Shown here: positions 61,601 through 64,000 of the stretch, piece by piece
Layout: each line of letters opens with the position of its first letter
Numbering within the stretch: the stretch's first letter is position 1
Assembly (NCBI GenBank): GCA_051294375.1
Contig: CM119264.1
Location: 17,919,157 to 17,983,156, forward strand
Length of the DNA stretch: 64,000 nucleotides
Source of the DNA: Paraspadella gotoi
Taxonomy: Eukaryota > Animalia > Chaetognatha
Direction: 5' to 3'
Translations under genes and position numbers: made by a program
Notes under the pieces: model-generated
The model's database searches: none
Seen by the model: the letters and a program-made list of their open reading frames with translations, nothing else
Told to the model about the DNA's origin: nothing

Positions 61601-64000
61601 ACGTCACTGATTTATTAATGATTAAGCATATTAAATTTTAATTAAAAGTTTCTTGTAATATATTTTTTTTGGGATCCCATTTTAAAGCAGATGAGCTGAT
61701 AAAGTTTAAGATGATTAAGGAGATTAAAAAACTTGAATTTGTACTTCGATTTCCACCTTTTGTTTCAAACAATTTTAAATGAAACAAAAATGCATTTTTT
61801 TTTCTATCCCTCCTCATCTTTGGTTTGACGCGAAGAATAATTCATGAGATTCATCAAGACTTTCTGTCTGCGAGCTTACACCCAGCTGGTTTCCTCCTCT
61901 TTTTATCCTCCTCCTCATCTTCCTCCTCATCCTCTTTTCTTCGTCTTCCTCCTCTTCTCATTCTTCTCACTCCTCTTCTCCTCCCTCCTCCTCCTCCTCC
62001 TCCTCACTCCTCCATGGCACGGAGTGCTTCATCGTCGAACGCCTTTTCTACACGTCATTCCCCCTCGCTTCTTCAAAATCACGTCGTCGTCGTTGTCGTC
62101 GTCGTTGTCGTCGTCGTCGACGTTGTTTTTGGTTTTCGCAATTCTCATCGTCGCCCATTGATGACAATTTCAAAGAGTCGCCTCTCGATGGAATTTTTCC
62201 CAAAAATTTCCCATCTCTTTTTGCTGTCTAATTAGTAATTAATTTTTTCCTACGTATTTTTTATTCGAAGTTTTGTCATCAGTAACGTAAAAAAAATTAA
62301 CGTGAGGATAACTTTTTTGTTTTAAAAAATTTTCCGTAGATAGTAATGTCTATAACGTTACAAGAAAAAAATAAATACAAAGAAATGAGCAAAGATAAAA
62401 AAAAGTCCGCTGGAAACTGGGGATGCAATTTTTTCTTCCGTCTTTGCGACGTTTTTGTCAAGGACTCAATTCCGGATTTGACGTTGTAAAAAAAAAAGGA
62501 AAAATCTTCTAGACCTGACAAAAAAGGAAATAAAAAAGTTTGTACAAGATGAAAAAAATAAAGAAAAATCTCTTTGCGAAAAAAAACAACGAAAGTATAC
62601 AAGGCCTGTCGCCAGAAGGAAAGCGATATTTTAGACAACCACCACGACGGGCCAAAAACACAAGAATTACGCGTAATTTTTTTTTATTTCCCCTGCTTTC
62701 TCTTCTCTCTCTCATCTCCTCTCTCTCTCTCTCTCTCTCTCGTCTCTCTCTCTCTCGTCTCCCTCTCGTCTCTCTCTCTGCATCTCTCTCTCATCGTTTC
62801 TCCTCGCTTATCGTCTTAATAATAATGAGAAGTCCCCGTGTAAATAAGGATAAAGAAATTAAAAAAAAAAATTCAATCACGGAAATTGTCTGCTGATTTC
62901 ACGATTCACGCGCGAAGAGTAAATTGACTCATCGGCGCGAGTTAAAACTCGAACCTCGCGCGTCGTGATTACGGCGGCGAGAGCGAATATTCTTTTTCAC
63001 TGAGGCGCGTGAGGGCTAAGAACCTCAGGCGATGGGTAGTAATATCAAGGCGCGTGAGACTCTGAGTTTTTGAGATCAGGCGTGGTGAGGCGGTGAGATC
63101 ACGCGAAACGTGTAAAGAGGGACAGATTTGGATTGAGAGCTTGTCGGAAGGGAAACAAACATAATACCTATATGATTAGTCAGATCAAGCGGAGGTCGAA
63201 CCCTGGTTTGTGGTTAGGTGAGAGGAGATCAAAATATTGTCTTAATATTATGCAGAGTCTGCAAAATGTAATTTTCTAAACACGTCAGATCGAAATCATT
63301 CGTGCGCTCCAGAAAAAAAAAATTATTGTGTAAAAAAAAAAATACATAGATAGTGCGTCGGCGTCCACCCTTTGTTTTCAACTACCTACGACGAGTCTTC
63401 GCCACCCCATTGCCAGTCGCCACGCCACCTCCTTCTCCACCGCCATCGCCATCGCTGCCGCAGACCGCTCCGCCGCCACCCGCCGCCGCCGTTATGGCCC
63501 TCTCGCAGCTGGAACTAATGGGGAAGAATGATTTTTTTTTCGAAGATAAAATTAATTTTCCCCTCGGAGCGATTCGCTACAGATGATTCGCTACAGAATA
63601 TTTGCGACGAACGGTTCGCTACATAAGTTCTCACAAGACGCGGGAAAATACGAAACCTTCGGAAATAAAAGAGAGTGGTGATGATCTTTTTTTTTATTTT
63701 TTGAAATGATGGGCGCGCGGCTGCTAGGCCTCTCTCTTTCTCTGAATCGATCGATATGCAGTGGCGAGATAGGAAAAGAAAGGTTCAATAAAAGGCTGGA
63801 GAGAGGTAAAGTAATGTTGAGAGCCGTAGTCTAACGTCTGATTCAGGTATCTTTCGCGTCCTGTCTTGTTGAATCACGTGAACCGGGGCCAAACTCTCGC
63901 GCGCCCACTCGCTTCACGCTCAAAGGTCACGTGATTTCGTGCGCACTCTGCGGTCGCGTCACTGAAAATCACAGATTCTGAGTTTCTGGGAGAAAAAAGA
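58674..64000. repeat. Indel-rich duplicate of ~48318-53510 after a 25-N gap (probable assembly artefact)
   Basis: Colinear over more than 5 kb with scattered single-base insertions and deletions typical of unpolished long reads. Confidence 0.9.

Overview
AT-rich eukaryotic (invertebrate metazoan-like) genomic DNA with short spliceosomal introns; the exact taxon cannot be read from the sequence. The first 9.5 kb is a compact gene cluster: the 3' part of RPLP0, an AAMP/Sqt1-like WD40 gene with an apparent GC-AG intron, a cytosolic-type 5'-nucleotidase, and, on the minus strand, a three-exon 254-aa gene joining a CBP/p300 TAZ1-like zinc finger to a Mind-bomb-like C-terminal RING. That fusion is the best candidate for something new. 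A Crk adaptor (20.5-23.4 kb) and an XK-related membrane gene (45.6-46.5 kb) follow. Most of the rest is mobile DNA: nested hAT and Tc1/mariner-type MITEs, a Ginger-like foldback, DINE/HINE-like repeats, a BEL/Pao LTR element, and a Penelope-like retroelement with inverted pseudo-LTRs. About seven minimal hammerhead motifs are dispersed, and a tRNA-derived SINE carries a twister-like motif. Two 25-N gaps border error-rich duplicated segments (33.6-35.7 vs 40.0-42.1 kb; 48.3-53.5 vs 58.7-64 kb), probably assembly or haplotype artefacts. All calls were made by eye, without database searches.
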